Assembly (NCBI GenBank): GCA_964606005.1
Contig: CAZSEU010000001.1
Location: forward strand, 8,983-72,982
DNA: 64,000 nucleotides
Reading direction: 5' to 3'
From: an uncultured Staphylococcaceae bacterium
Lineage (GTDB): Bacteria; Bacillota_I; Bacilli_A; RFN20; CAG-826
The number at the start of each line of letters is the position of its first letter. The first letter of the stretch is position 1. Both the position numbers and the translations under genes were made by a program. Shown here in pieces: positions 20,639 to 30,202 of the stretch. The notes under the pieces were generated by a model that worked only from the letters and a program-made list of their open reading frames with translations, searched no databases and was not told the DNA's origin.

Positions 20639-21076
20639 TTATTTAACAGTGTAATATTCGACTTGTACAGTATCTGTTTCAATCGTTAAGATCGCATAGG
20701 AGCCATCAAAACAATCCCTTGCGTAACTTATAGCACCAGGATTTATCCACATTACACCATTTATGGTCTCGTTTTTACGAATATGTGTGTGACCATGGAC
20801 AAAGATTTTCACTTCACGCATCTTTGTCAATAAATTCGAGGCGTGTGGTTTATGCTGCACATACATCTTCCCATATGGAGTGGGAATAAGGAAGTAGTCA
20901 TTAAAATCTCTATAGCGATCGCAGTTGCCACGCACCGAAATAAATGGCTTTATCGCGTACTCATCACTTTCGCTATCCCCGGCATGCAAATATAAATCCA
21001 TTTGGGGATACATAGCCACTAAACGTTGTAATGTTAGATTGTCGCCATGCGAATCACTTACTAATAATACTTTCAC
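20639..21076 (-). CDS. YfcE/MJ0936-type metallophosphoesterase
   Basis: Calcineurin-like motifs 'VSDSHGD', 'AGDSE', 'RGNCD' and 'HGHTH'. Confidence 0.8.
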   Translation of the reverse strand: MKVLLVSDSHGDNLTLQRLVAMYPQMDLYLHAGDSESDEYAIKPFISVRGNCDRYRDFNDYFLIPTPYGKMYVQHKPHASNLLTKMREVKIFVHGHTHIRKNETINGVMWINPGAISYARDCFDGSYAILTIETDTVQVEYYTVK

Positions 21077-21157
21077 TGCTATATAATACCAAATAACGAT
21101 TTATCATTACAAAGATAATTCGTGCGTATGCCATCGCCATTTTATATAATAAAAAAT

Positions 21158-22096
21158 ATGAAACAAAAAAGCATCAATCTAATATTTATGGGTACTCCAA
21201 AGATGAGTGCCTATGTCTTTGAAGCCATGATTTTGGCTGGCTATCATTTTGTTGGTTTAATTTGTCAACCTGACCGTCCAGTTGGCCGTAAAGGTGTAAT
21301 AGAAAAAGCTCCAACAAAAGTGGTGGCAGAAAAGTACAATATTCCCGTTTTTCAACCATTAAAAATTCGTAATGACTATAGTTTCATGGATGGATTAAAC
21401 GTTGATTTAGTCATTACTTTTGCTTATGGACAAATCGTTCCACAAGGATTTTTGGATATCCCTCCATTAGGCTGTTTGAACTTGCATGGTTCTTTACTTC
21501 CTAAATATCGTGGCGCTTCACCGATTCAAACGGTATTATTTAACCATGAAAAGCTTACCGGTGTTACTTTAATGGAAATGGTTAAAGCGATGGATGCTGG
21601 AAAAATGTACGGCAAAAAAGAGATTATTATCGATGAAGAAGATAATGCTTCTTCTTTGATGAACAAAATGCAAGAAACGGCCAAAGACTTAGTGCTTGAA
21701 CTTTTACCAAGATATATAGCTGGCGAACTTATTGGCGTTGAACAAGACGATAATGAGGCAACTTTTTGCACGATGATTAAACCAGAACACGAAAAAATTG
21801 ATTTAGAAAATTCGATTGACCAAATTTGGGGTTTGATTAGAGGTTTAAGCGAAGAACCAGGCGCTTATTTAATGCTCAATGAACAAAAAGTGAAAATATT
21901 TAAAGCGAAGATTATGAATAGAAATGTGACTCACGAAGTAGGAATGATTGTCCAAGCTGATAAACGCGGCTTAATTGTGCAACTGAAAGATGGGCAACTT
22001 GCCATCTTAGAATTACAAAAGGAAGGCAAGAAAAAAATTGATTTTCTTTCGTTTGTTAACGGCAATCAAAATTTGGTGGGTCAAAAGTTCGTATAG
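21158..22096 (+). CDS. fmt: Methionyl-tRNA formyltransferase
   Basis: 'IFMGTP' N-terminus; 'HGSLLPKYRGASPIQ' catalytic motif. Start chosen at ATG 21158, 7 nt after a TATAAT box (possibly leaderless); the ORF track begins at 21122. Confidence 0.85.
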   Translation: MKQKSINLIFMGTPKMSAYVFEAMILAGYHFVGLICQPDRPVGRKGVIEKAPTKVVAEKYNIPVFQPLKIRNDYSFMDGLNVDLVITFAYGQIVPQGFLDIPPLGCLNLHGSLLPKYRGASPIQTVLFNHEKLTGVTLMEMVKAMDAGKMYGKKEIIIDEEDNASSLMNKMQETAKDLVLELLPRYIAGELIGVEQDDNEATFCTMIKPEHEKIDLENSIDQIWGLIRGLSEEPGAYLMLNEQKVKIFKAKIMNRNVTHEVGMIVQADKRGLIVQLKDGQLAILELQKEGKKKIDFLSFVNGNQNLVGQKFV

Positions 22097-24433
22097 ATGG
22101 AAAACTATTTAAGATTAAGTGTCCATCAGCTAGTGGATTTTTTACTTAGAAGCGGCGATATTGATAATCGTGTTTTTAATCGTTCTTCAATGAGCGAAGG
22201 CAGCCGTTTGCATGGTGTTTATCAAGCTAAACAAGGCAGTAATTACTTGTCTGAAGTATTTTTATCCACTCATGTTTACATCGATGAAATTGACATCTTG
22301 CTTGAAGGTAGAGCAGACGGCATTATTCATCGCGGTGGTGGAGAATATGTGATTGATGAAATTAAAACTACGGTCGAGGATTTGAAGTTATTCCATGAGC
22401 AACATCTGGAGTGGCATTTGGGTCAAGCCAAGTGTTACGCATTTATGTTCGCTAAAGCGAATAATTTAGATTACATCGGTGTGAAACTAACTTATATTCG
22501 CCAAGGAAAAGAAAAAGAACAGTTTATTGATACTTATACTTTTGATTTCCTATCCTTAGAACAAGATATACACGACTTATTAAACGACTTTTTAGAGTTT
22601 TATCGCATTATTATGCGCAAAAACGAACAAAGAAATGAATCGATAAATAAACTTGCTTTTCCTTTTAAAAGTTATCGCGTTGGTCAAAGAGAACTTGTCA
22701 AATATGCTTACGCAATTACCAAAAAAAGAGGCCGACTCTTTGTCGAAGCGCCGACTGGTATCGGTAAAACAATTTCCACTCTTTTTCCATTTGTTAAAGC
22801 GATTAATGATGATCACGAAACAAAAATCTTTTATTTAACTGCGAAAAATAGTGGCAAAGAAGCTGCTCATCAAGCGCTGAGAATTATGAAAGAACAAGGG
22901 CTAAAGCTTGGCAATATTATTATTACCGCGAAAGATAAGATTTGTTTTTGCAAGGGCAAAGCGTGTAATCCCGATGAATGTCCGTACGCGATAAAATACT
23001 TCGATAAAATTCAAAACGTATTACGATATTCACTTCTTAGTTATGATGATTTTGATTATAACACCATTACCCAAATTGCTTACGAGCATCAAGTATGTCC
23101 TTTTGAATTTGAATTAGACCTTTCACTTTTTTTGGATGTCATCATTTGCGATTATAATTACTTGTTTGACCCTATTTCATATATGAAACGATATTTTGAC
23201 GAAAATGCTTCAATGCATTTAGCTTTGGTCGATGAAGCCCACAACCTCGTTGATCGCAGTCGCGATATGTATTCGGCTTCTTTAACGTATTCTTCGTTCT
23301 TACAAGCAAGAAAATCAATTCGCCATAGCAAATTACACAAACTCAAATTAGCAATGAGCAAGATGCGCAAGATGTTTGATGAATATTTAGAAACTTCAGA
23401 ACTCGGCAACCATTTAATAAGTGTTTTTTATCCTAATACATATAAAACTATTTCTTCTTTCATTACGACCCTCCAAGATATAAACAAAAATGAGAACAAA
23501 GAGATGACTCCTGAATTATTAGACTTTTATCTTTCGGTCAATCGCTTTGCGAAGATGCTTGAATTATTTAATGATTGTTATCTATGTTATTACGAAACTA
23601 AAAAGGGTGATGTCCAACTTAACTTAGTGTGCTTAGATGCATCCTACTTTTTAGCTAATTCATTAAAGAAACTGAAGGCTAGTGTTTTGTTTTCGGCCAC
23701 GCTATCACCAATCAACTATTTCGTTAATACTTTAGGAGGTAGTCAAGAAGATGCACAGCTTTTACTTCCCTCTCCTTTCCCAACTGAAAACTTAAAAATA
23801 ATCGTCGTGCCAAGTGTGTCGATTCGCTATAAAAAACGCGAAGCATCTTATCAAAAAGTTGCCGATTACATCAAACACTTTGTTTTACAAAAGGTCGGTA
23901 ATTACTTAATCTTTTTGCCGAGTTATGAATATTTAACTAATCTTATGCCGTCTGTTGAAATTCCTGAATGTACTATTCATCAACAAGCCAAAGACATGGA
24001 TGATTTAAGCAAAGAAGTATTTTTAACTAACTTCAAACCAAATCCAACTGAAACAGTAGTGGGTTTTGTCATTGTTGGTGGGGTTTTTGGTGAAGGCATT
24101 GATTTAGTGGATGACCGGCTTATCGGGGCGGTGATCGTCGGTATCGGTATGCCAAAAATTAATTTTATTAGTAACCAAATTTCTGCTTATTTTGATAAAA
24201 AGGGACAATCTGGATACGAATATGCTTATTTAAATCCTGGCATGAATCGCATCATGCAAGCACTTGGAAGAGTCATTAGAAGTGAAACCGATAAAGGGGC
24301 AGTTTTACTAATTGATGAAAGATACTTAAATAATGAGTACCGCGACTTATTCAAAGTGGAGTGGCGTGACTACGAAGTAGCATTTACACCACAAGAAGTA
24401 TCGACAATTTTACAAGACTTCTTTAATAAATAA
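22097..24433 (+). CDS. Fusion protein: N-terminal PD-(D/E)XK (RecB-family) nuclease domain plus FeS Rad3/XPD/DinG-type SF2 helicase
   Basis: Nuclease motifs 'GRADGI' (motif II), 'VIDEIKT' (ExK) and 'QAKCY' (QxxxY). Helicase motifs: Walker A 'APTGIGKT', 4-Cys FeS insert 'CFCKGKACNPDECPY', 'VDEAHNL' (DEAH), motif VI 'QALGRVIRS'. Confidence 0.8.
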   Translation: MENYLRLSVHQLVDFLLRSGDIDNRVFNRSSMSEGSRLHGVYQAKQGSNYLSEVFLSTHVYIDEIDILLEGRADGIIHRGGGEYVIDEIKTTVEDLKLFHEQHLEWHLGQAKCYAFMFAKANNLDYIGVKLTYIRQGKEKEQFIDTYTFDFLSLEQDIHDLLNDFLEFYRIIMRKNEQRNESINKLAFPFKSYRVGQRELVKYAYAITKKRGRLFVEAPTGIGKTISTLFPFVKAINDDHETKIFYLTAKNSGKEAAHQALRIMKEQGLKLGNIIITAKDKICFCKGKACNPDECPYAIKYFDKIQNVLRYSLLSYDDFDYNTITQIAYEHQVCPFEFELDLSLFLDVIICDYNYLFDPISYMKRYFDENASMHLALVDEAHNLVDRSRDMYSASLTYSSFLQARKSIRHSKLHKLKLAMSKMRKMFDEYLETSELGNHLISVFYPNTYKTISSFITTLQDINKNENKEMTPELLDFYLSVNRFAKMLELFNDCYLCYYETKKGDVQLNLVCLDASYFLANSLKKLKASVLFSATLSPINYFVNTLGGSQEDAQLLLPSPFPTENLKIIVVPSVSIRYKKREASYQKVADYIKHFVLQKVGNYLIFLPSYEYLTNLMPSVEIPECTIHQQAKDMDDLSKEVFLTNFKPNPTETVVGFVIVGGVFGEGIDLVDDRLIGAVIVGIGMPKINFISNQISAYFDKKGQSGYEYAYLNPGMNRIMQALGRVIRSETDKGAVLLIDERYLNNEYRDLFKVEWRDYEVAFTPQEVSTILQDFFNK

Positions 24434-24457
24434 GTCTTTAATGTTAAAATACAAAAC

Positions 24458-25000
24458 ATGAAAAAGAAACTTGATTTCCTTACAAAAGCAAAGCTTATTT
24501 ATAGCGGTGAATTACTTATTTTTGCCATCGCTTTTTTAGTAATTGCGATTTTAACGTTTACCCAAGTGATGAAAATAAGTGAGGGACATAGTTTATTTTT
24601 TAACTGGCTGACATTGTTTGGTGGTACATGGGTTATTACCGATTTCTTTTGGACGCTTTTTTCTAAAAAAAGACAAAAGAAAAACGCCATGCTTGATAAA
24701 GTCTTACATTTGCCTTTAGGCATTTACCTAGTCAGCTTTGATTTATATTGCCTGATTGCTCGACCCACCAATCAACTTGTTTTTCAATATGGTATTCCAA
24801 TCGCGATTAGTTATGTATGTATTTGCTATGCTTTTGAAGCGTTTTACCATTATTTCAAACCGATTCCTGCGGTTTTGGAAATGGCCAAAGAAGAAGAGGA
24901 AGAAGCGGCTAATAAGTTAGCTGAACAACAAGCTAAAGAGTTTTTAGCTGAAGAAAAAGAAAAAGATGCCAAACAAGATCTCGAAAACAATCAAACTTAA
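24458..25000 (+). CDS. Hypothetical membrane protein (about 4 TM helices, acidic coiled C-terminus)
   Basis: Hydrophobic segments; 'EEEEEAANKLAEQQAKEF' tail; no recognised motif. Confidence 0.5.
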   Translation: MKKKLDFLTKAKLIYSGELLIFAIAFLVIAILTFTQVMKISEGHSLFFNWLTLFGGTWVITDFFWTLFSKKRQKKNAMLDKVLHLPLGIYLVSFDLYCLIARPTNQLVFQYGIPIAISYVCICYAFEAFYHYFKPIPAVLEMAKEEEEEAANKLAEQQAKEFLAEEKEKDAKQDLENNQT

Positions 25001-25376
25001 TTTAGTGCTTGCACTAGTATTGACAGTAGTAACTTTATTTACTTTGTTTTTTACTATCGCTTTTATTATTAACTCTTTAGTGCAAATTCATATATATAAT
25101 TCAAATCAAACCGTGATAGTTTATGATAACTTTTTATACTTCGTTTCTTTTTTAAGTTTAATCTTAACTTGTTGTTTTGCTGGGGCGATTCTCCCATTCG
25201 ATATTCTCTTGCTTAAAAAGCATAATATTCGTACTTGGTATACAAAAACACTATTAGTGTTTGCTGGTGTTGTTATTGCAATTAGTTTATTGCTTGCCTT
25301 CTCGCTTCCCACCATATATACTTTCCATCAAAATGTCGCATTATTGATTAGATTTATAGTTGCGATAAAACTTTAA
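24966..25376 (+). CDS. Hypothetical small membrane protein (4 TM helices)
   Basis: Hydrophobic ORF overlapping the upstream gene by 35 nt; no motif recognised. Confidence 0.45.
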   Translation: MPNKISKTIKLNLVLALVLTVVTLFTLFFTIAFIINSLVQIHIYNSNQTVIVYDNFLYFVSFLSLILTCCFAGAILPFDILLLKKHNIRTWYTKTLLVFAGVVIAISLLLAFSLPTIYTFHQNVALLIRFIVAIKL

Positions 25377-25381
25377 TCCTT

Positions 25382-27199
25382 ATGAAAATACCTCAAGATA
25401 AAATTAGAAACTTCTCCATTATTGCTCACATCGACCACGGGAAAAGCACATTGGCAGATCGCATCTTAGAAACTTCTGGTGCTATTGAAATGCGCGATAT
25501 GAAAAACCAAATACTTGACTCGTTGGATCTTGAAAGAGAAAGAGGCATTACCATTAAGCTCAATGCTGTGACTTTTACATATAAAGCTGATGATGGGCAT
25601 AATTATTTCTTCAACCTTATTGACACTCCTGGACATGTCGACTTCACTTATGAAGTATCGCGTTCTTTGGCTGCTTGCGAAGGGGCTTTACTTGTCGTTG
25701 ATGCCACTCAAGGGGTAGAAGCTCAAACATTAGCCAATGCTTATTTGGCCGTTGATAATGATTTAGAAATATTACCCGTTATCAACAAAGTTGATTTACC
25801 TTCCGCTAATGTTGAATTAGCCAAAGAAGAAATTCAAAAGAAAATCGGTATTCCGTGTGATAAAGCGGTCGAAGTGAGTGCTAAAACTGGATATCATATT
25901 CACGAATTATTAGAAGCCATTGTTCAAACTATTCCTGCCCCAAAAGGAAATCCTAATAAACCATTAAAGGCCTTGATCTTTGATAGCTATTATGACCAAT
26001 ATCGTGGAGTTGTGGTTTTAGTTAGAATAAAAGAAGGCATGATAAAAGTTGGCGATAAAATTCGTTTGATGCAAGCTGACAAAGAATATCAAGTTATAGA
26101 ATTAGGTATACGAACCCCTCGAGAAGTAAAAGTTGATGAGCTAGGTGCTGGTCAAGTCGGTTATATCGCTGCTCAAATTAAAGATATTAAAGACGTAAGA
26201 CCCGGCGACACTGTTACTTTATCTAATAATCCAACTCGCGAAGCACTTCCAGGTTACCGCATTATGAACCCAATGGTTTATTGCGGTTTGTATCCAGTTG
26301 ATAGTGACGATTATCAAGACTTAAAAGAAGCGTTAGAAAAATTATCATTAAACGATTCTTCTTTACAATATATTGCTGAAACTAGCCAAGCTTTGGGCTT
26401 TGGCTTTAGATGCGGATTCTTAGGTTTATTACATATGGACGTGGTGCAAGAGCGCTTAGAAAGAGAATATAATCTAGATTTGATTTTGACTGCGCCAAGC
26501 GTTATTTATCATGTTTATCTGACAGATAAGACTATGCTTCATTTAGATAACCCAAGCAAGCTTCCTGATAGTAGTAAAGTTTCATACATTGAAGAACCTT
26601 ATATTAAAGCCAACATCATGACTCCGAAAGAATTTATCGGTCCAATCATGGAATTGTGTAGAGAAAGACGGGGCATTTATGTCGGCCTTGATTACTTCGA
26701 CGACACGAGAATGATTTTAACCTATGAACTACCTCTTGCCGAAATCGTTTATAACTTCTTTGATCGCTTGAAAAGCTACACAAAAGGGTATGCGTCTTTC
26801 GACTATGATTTCTCCGATTATAAGCGCGGTGACTTAGTGAAATTAGACGTTTTACTTAATGGTCAAGTGGTTGACGCTTTAAGTAGTATCATTTATCGTC
26901 CGGATGGTTATCACCGCGGATTAAACATTATTAGACGTATCAAAACCGTCATTCCTCGTCAACAATTTGAGATTCCAATTCAAGCAGCAATTGGTGGAAA
27001 AGTTATCGCTAGATGCGATGTTAAAGCGATGAGAAAAGACGTACTTTCAAAGTGTTATGGTGGCGATATTTCTCGTAAAAAGAAGCTATTAGAAAAACAA
27101 AAAGAAGGCAAAAAAAGAATGAAGAAAATCGGTTCAGTTGAAGTGCCACAAGAAGCTTTTATGTCGATTCTTTCCATCGATGATGTTGATGACAATTAG
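25382..27199 (+). CDS. lepA: Elongation factor 4 (ribosomal back-translocase)
   Basis: '[17 protein letters not shown]', 'DTPGHVDF' and 'NKVD' GTPase motifs; LepA-specific C-terminal domain. Confidence 0.95.
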   Translation: MKIPQDKIRNFSIIAHIDHGKSTLADRILETSGAIEMRDMKNQILDSLDLERERGITIKLNAVTFTYKADDGHNYFFNLIDTPGHVDFTYEVSRSLAACEGALLVVDATQGVEAQTLANAYLAVDNDLEILPVINKVDLPSANVELAKEEIQKKIGIPCDKAVEVSAKTGYHIHELLEAIVQTIPAPKGNPNKPLKALIFDSYYDQYRGVVVLVRIKEGMIKVGDKIRLMQADKEYQVIELGIRTPREVKVDELGAGQVGYIAAQIKDIKDVRPGDTVTLSNNPTREALPGYRIMNPMVYCGLYPVDSDDYQDLKEALEKLSLNDSSLQYIAETSQALGFGFRCGFLGLLHMDVVQERLEREYNLDLILTAPSVIYHVYLTDKTMLHLDNPSKLPDSSKVSYIEEPYIKANIMTPKEFIGPIMELCRERRGIYVGLDYFDDTRMILTYELPLAEIVYNFFDRLKSYTKGYASFDYDFSDYKRGDLVKLDVLLNGQVVDALSSIIYRPDGYHRGLNIIRRIKTVIPRQQFEIPIQAAIGGKVIARCDVKAMRKDVLSKCYGGDISRKKKLLEKQKEGKKRMKKIGSVEVPQEAFMSILSIDDVDDN

Positions 27200-27282
27200 T
27201 GCATTATTAGTAGTTTTTTAGAATTAATTATTTAAATAAAAAAATATGTATTGTATGATGAGACTATAAAGAAGGTATTTTT

Positions 27283-28758
27283 ATGGCAGGCACTGATTTA
27301 GCAATGCGTTTTACTGAAGATAAATATGCCAGTAAAAACGAAGTCGCTCATGAACTAAAAATTACATCTGTCGATACATTTTGGAGCAACATTTTAGCTT
27401 ATCGCTCCCATTTTTATCATTACTTGTCGCTTAAAACTATTGAGAAAAATATGCTAGTTTTTTGCGGTTGTTCCGCGATTAACAATCTCGTTAATGGTGT
27501 TGAACTAAAACTCATTAAAGTTAACCGTGATTATGGTTTAATTAATCCATCAAGCAAGCAATTTAAGAACATTGATTTCATTTTGAAAAAACAAATCATT
27601 AGTGCGATTAATGATCACGAAGAACTTGCGGTTGGTGAAGAATATTTAAGCAGTATCCTTAGAGGCGAAGTTATCAATTCGATTCCAACCAACATGGTGC
27701 TTATTAATTACATGAAGGCGTTAAACTACATTAAACATAGTTATGTCAATAGAATCGACGATAATTTCCTTGCGGAACTTTACGCAAGATTATTAGGAAC
27801 TGAAGAACTCACTACTTATTACCGTCTCTTTGAGGATAAGAATCCAGAGAATAGAGTTTTAATTGATCGCATTTATACTTCTGCTCCGGCTAGTCTTATT
27901 GAACCAATGATGGGCAATATGTTTAATTTTATTGCTACATCAACTTTATCCCCATCGCTTAAAGCAATTATCGTGTATTTTTACATTAACTATGTCAAAC
28001 CATTTGACCGCTATTCTGATGAAATCGCTGTCTTAATGGCAAAAGCGGTTTTGGCTCACGAAGCGTTTGGTGAAGTCATCATTGATTTCCCATTCGAGAA
28101 ATTGCTGTTAGTACCAAAAGAAGAAATTGCTAGAGTTTATGTCGAAGTACAAAAAACTACTGATGTCACCTACTTTGTCGATTATATTTATAAATGCTTA
28201 GGCCAACTTTGCGATGATTTATTAAATGATATTGCTGCTAGTAAAGTCGCGGAGTTAAAACAAGACTTTTATCAATTTGATGAAGAACAACAAGCTCCTT
28301 CTATAGAAGCAAAAAAAGTAGAAACCGTTTCTTTGTTTGAAGAAGATAAAGTTCCTGCTCCTACTAAAAAAAGCGAAACGCCAATTAGCCAAACTTCTGA
28401 AGACGACTTTGATGATGATGAAAGATTTGCTCTTCCAAAGAAAAAGACCGTCAAAGTGCAATATGTACAAGAAGAACTTGCTGTTTCTTATATCCCGGTT
28501 GCGCTAGATGAAAAGCAAGCTGTTTTATTAGAACAAGACTTACTAGAAAGAGACCCGCGTCTTAAAAAAGGCGAAGCCAAGTTTTATGCTCGCCACTGTA
28601 CAAAAAACAAAAAGTATACGATTGCGCAATATAAGAAAAGCTTGCGTTGTGCTTATGAAACGGCTCGTACCGCCATGGACCATTTAGCAGAACTTCTTTA
28701 CTATCGCAAAGAAAAGATTAAAAATAAATACGTTTACATTCCAATAGAAAGAGATTAA
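27283..28758 (+). CDS. Hypothetical protein, 491 aa (acidic central linker, basic C-terminal region)
   Basis: Long ORF inserted between lepA and hemW relative to the Bacillus-type order; no confident motif (see the rejected Fic-like note). Confidence 0.6.
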   Translation: MAGTDLAMRFTEDKYASKNEVAHELKITSVDTFWSNILAYRSHFYHYLSLKTIEKNMLVFCGCSAINNLVNGVELKLIKVNRDYGLINPSSKQFKNIDFILKKQIISAINDHEELAVGEEYLSSILRGEVINSIPTNMVLINYMKALNYIKHSYVNRIDDNFLAELYARLLGTEELTTYYRLFEDKNPENRVLIDRIYTSAPASLIEPMMGNMFNFIATSTLSPSLKAIIVYFYINYVKPFDRYSDEIAVLMAKAVLAHEAFGEVIIDFPFEKLLLVPKEEIARVYVEVQKTTDVTYFVDYIYKCLGQLCDDLLNDIAASKVAELKQDFYQFDEEQQAPSIEAKKVETVSLFEEDKVPAPTKKSETPISQTSEDDFDDDERFALPKKKTVKVQYVQEELAVSYIPVALDEKQAVLLEQDLLERDPRLKKGEAKFYARHCTKNKKYTIAQYKKSLRCAYETARTAMDHLAELLYYRKEKIKNKYVYIPIERD

Positions 28759-28770
28759 GGGAGAATATAC

Positions 28771-28983
28771 ATGCCACCTATCCTAATATTAGTAGTTATC
28801 CTCGCGGTTGCCGCCATCATCGCTTTGGCCGCCTTTGTTATTTACCGCATTTTAAGACCACGTTTCAAGGAAGATAAACCCTCTGAAGAACAAATCGTTC
28901 AGGAAGAGATAAATAGAGTGCTCCAAGATATCGAAGACGAAGAAACCAAAAAAGAGATCATTAACTATAAACAAGATGACTAA
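28771..28983 (+). CDS. Small single-pass membrane protein (70 aa)
   Basis: RBS 'AAGGGAG'; N-terminal TM helix then an acidic tail; overlaps the hemW start. Confidence 0.5.
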   Translation: MPPILILVVILAVAAIIALAAFVIYRILRPRFKEDKPSEEQIVQEEINRVLQDIEDEETKKEIINYKQDD

Positions 28984-30070
28984 AAAAGCCAGAGCTTTAT
29001 ACATCCATATTCCTTTTTGTGAAAAAATTTGCGATTACTGCGACTTTCCTAAGTTGCAGTATTTTCGTAATTTCGTTATTTCTTATTTAAAAGTATTACA
29101 AAATGAACTCGAGCAATATGATCCTTTTGATTTAGATACAATCTATGTTGGTGGTGGAACGCCAACAGCATTGGAAATCGATTTATTTAAGCACTTGTTG
29201 GAAATCATTAAACCTTATTCTTTCGGAGTAAAAGAATATACTTTTGAAGCTAATCCTGAATCTTTGACTGAAGACAAGATTGAATTATTAAGGGAATATG
29301 GAGTAAACCGCATTTCTTTAGGAGTGCAATCGACAAACGATAATTTACTAAAAAAGATTAATCGCGCGCATAGTTTTAGCGAAGTACAAAAAGTAGTGGT
29401 CAGCTTAAAAAAACACGGCTTTAATAACATCAATGTTGATTTGATTTTAGGTTTGCCAACTGCGACGAAAAAATTATTAACTAAGGATTTAGAAAATATA
29501 CTGGCGTTAGATATTCAACATATTTCTTGCTATTCATTAACGTTACACCCACATACCGTTTTATTTAATCAAGGTTATCGCGAGTTATCGCCAGACTTAA
29601 GTCGTGAATACTATGATATCGTTGAAGAAGTACTTTTAAAACATGGTTTTACCCATTATGAAGTGTCAAACTATTGCTTGCCTAACTATCAAGCTAAACA
29701 CAATTTAGTGTATTGGCGGAATGAACAATATTACGGTATTGGTTTAGGCGCCGCCGGATATTTAGCCAATGTCCGTTACAAAAACACTTTAAACCTAGAT
29801 AAATATCTAAAAGGACAATATATTGCCGAAAAAGAAGTGCTAAGCGAGCACGATCGCTATGTTTATGAAGTAATGCTCAATTTAAGAACTTCCGAAGGTT
29901 TATCATTAAAACACTTAAAACAACATTTCGCTATTGATTTATACAAGGAAAAGAAAGCGATAATTGATGAATTTATCGCTAATAAGTACTTAGTATTAGT
30001 TAACGATATTTTGTTTCCAACTTATCAAGGCATGATGATTTTGGATACGATTATTTTGCAGTTAATTTAA
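28976..30070 (+). CDS. hemW: Radical-SAM haem chaperone HemW (HemN-like, oxygen-independent coproporphyrinogen oxidase family)
   Basis: Radical-SAM 'CxxxCxYC' ('CEKICDYCDF'); 'GGGTP' motif; conserved position between lepA and hrcA. Confidence 0.85.
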   Translation: MTKKARALYIHIPFCEKICDYCDFPKLQYFRNFVISYLKVLQNELEQYDPFDLDTIYVGGGTPTALEIDLFKHLLEIIKPYSFGVKEYTFEANPESLTEDKIELLREYGVNRISLGVQSTNDNLLKKINRAHSFSEVQKVVVSLKKHGFNNINVDLILGLPTATKKLLTKDLENILALDIQHISCYSLTLHPHTVLFNQGYRELSPDLSREYYDIVEEVLLKHGFTHYEVSNYCLPNYQAKHNLVYWRNEQYYGIGLGAAGYLANVRYKNTLNLDKYLKGQYIAEKEVLSEHDRYVYEVMLNLRTSEGLSLKHLKQHFAIDLYKEKKAIIDEFIANKYLVLVNDILFPTYQGMMILDTIILQLI

Positions 30071-30129
30071 AAAAAACACTATAGTTACGTCTCCTTTATA
30101 TATAAACATAAAAAATTAGCACATAATGC

Positions 30130-30157
30130 TTGACTCTGCTAATTTATTATTTACAAT
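30130..30157 (+). promoter_or_regulatory. Sigma-A promoter of the hrcA-grpE-dnaK-dnaJ operon
   Basis: -35 'TTGACT' (30130..30135), 16-nt spacer, -10 'TACAAT' (30152..30157), immediately upstream of CIRCE. Confidence 0.6.
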
Positions 30158-30161
30158 GTAG

Positions 30162-30188
30162 TTAGCACCAAAACTGTTGGAGTGCTAA
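30162..30188 (+). promoter_or_regulatory. CIRCE operator (HrcA binding site)
   Basis: 'TTAGCACCA-N9-GAGTGCTAA', a 9-9-9 inverted repeat matching the CIRCE consensus TTAGCACTC-N9-GAGTGCTAA; a second degenerate half-site pair lies at about 30116..30143. Confidence 0.85.
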
Positions 30189-30202
30189 AAGGAGATATTT
30201 TC

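Noticed and set aside
27283-28758. Fic/Doc-like reading of the 491-aa protein ('SSILRGE' resembling the Fic N-terminal SxxIEG, 'KPFDRYSDE' resembling HPFx(D/E)GNGR)
   Set aside because: The catalytic His, the acidic residue and the GNGR anion-binding loop are all replaced, so a Fic call is not supportable by eye. It is left as hypothetical; HHpred would decide.
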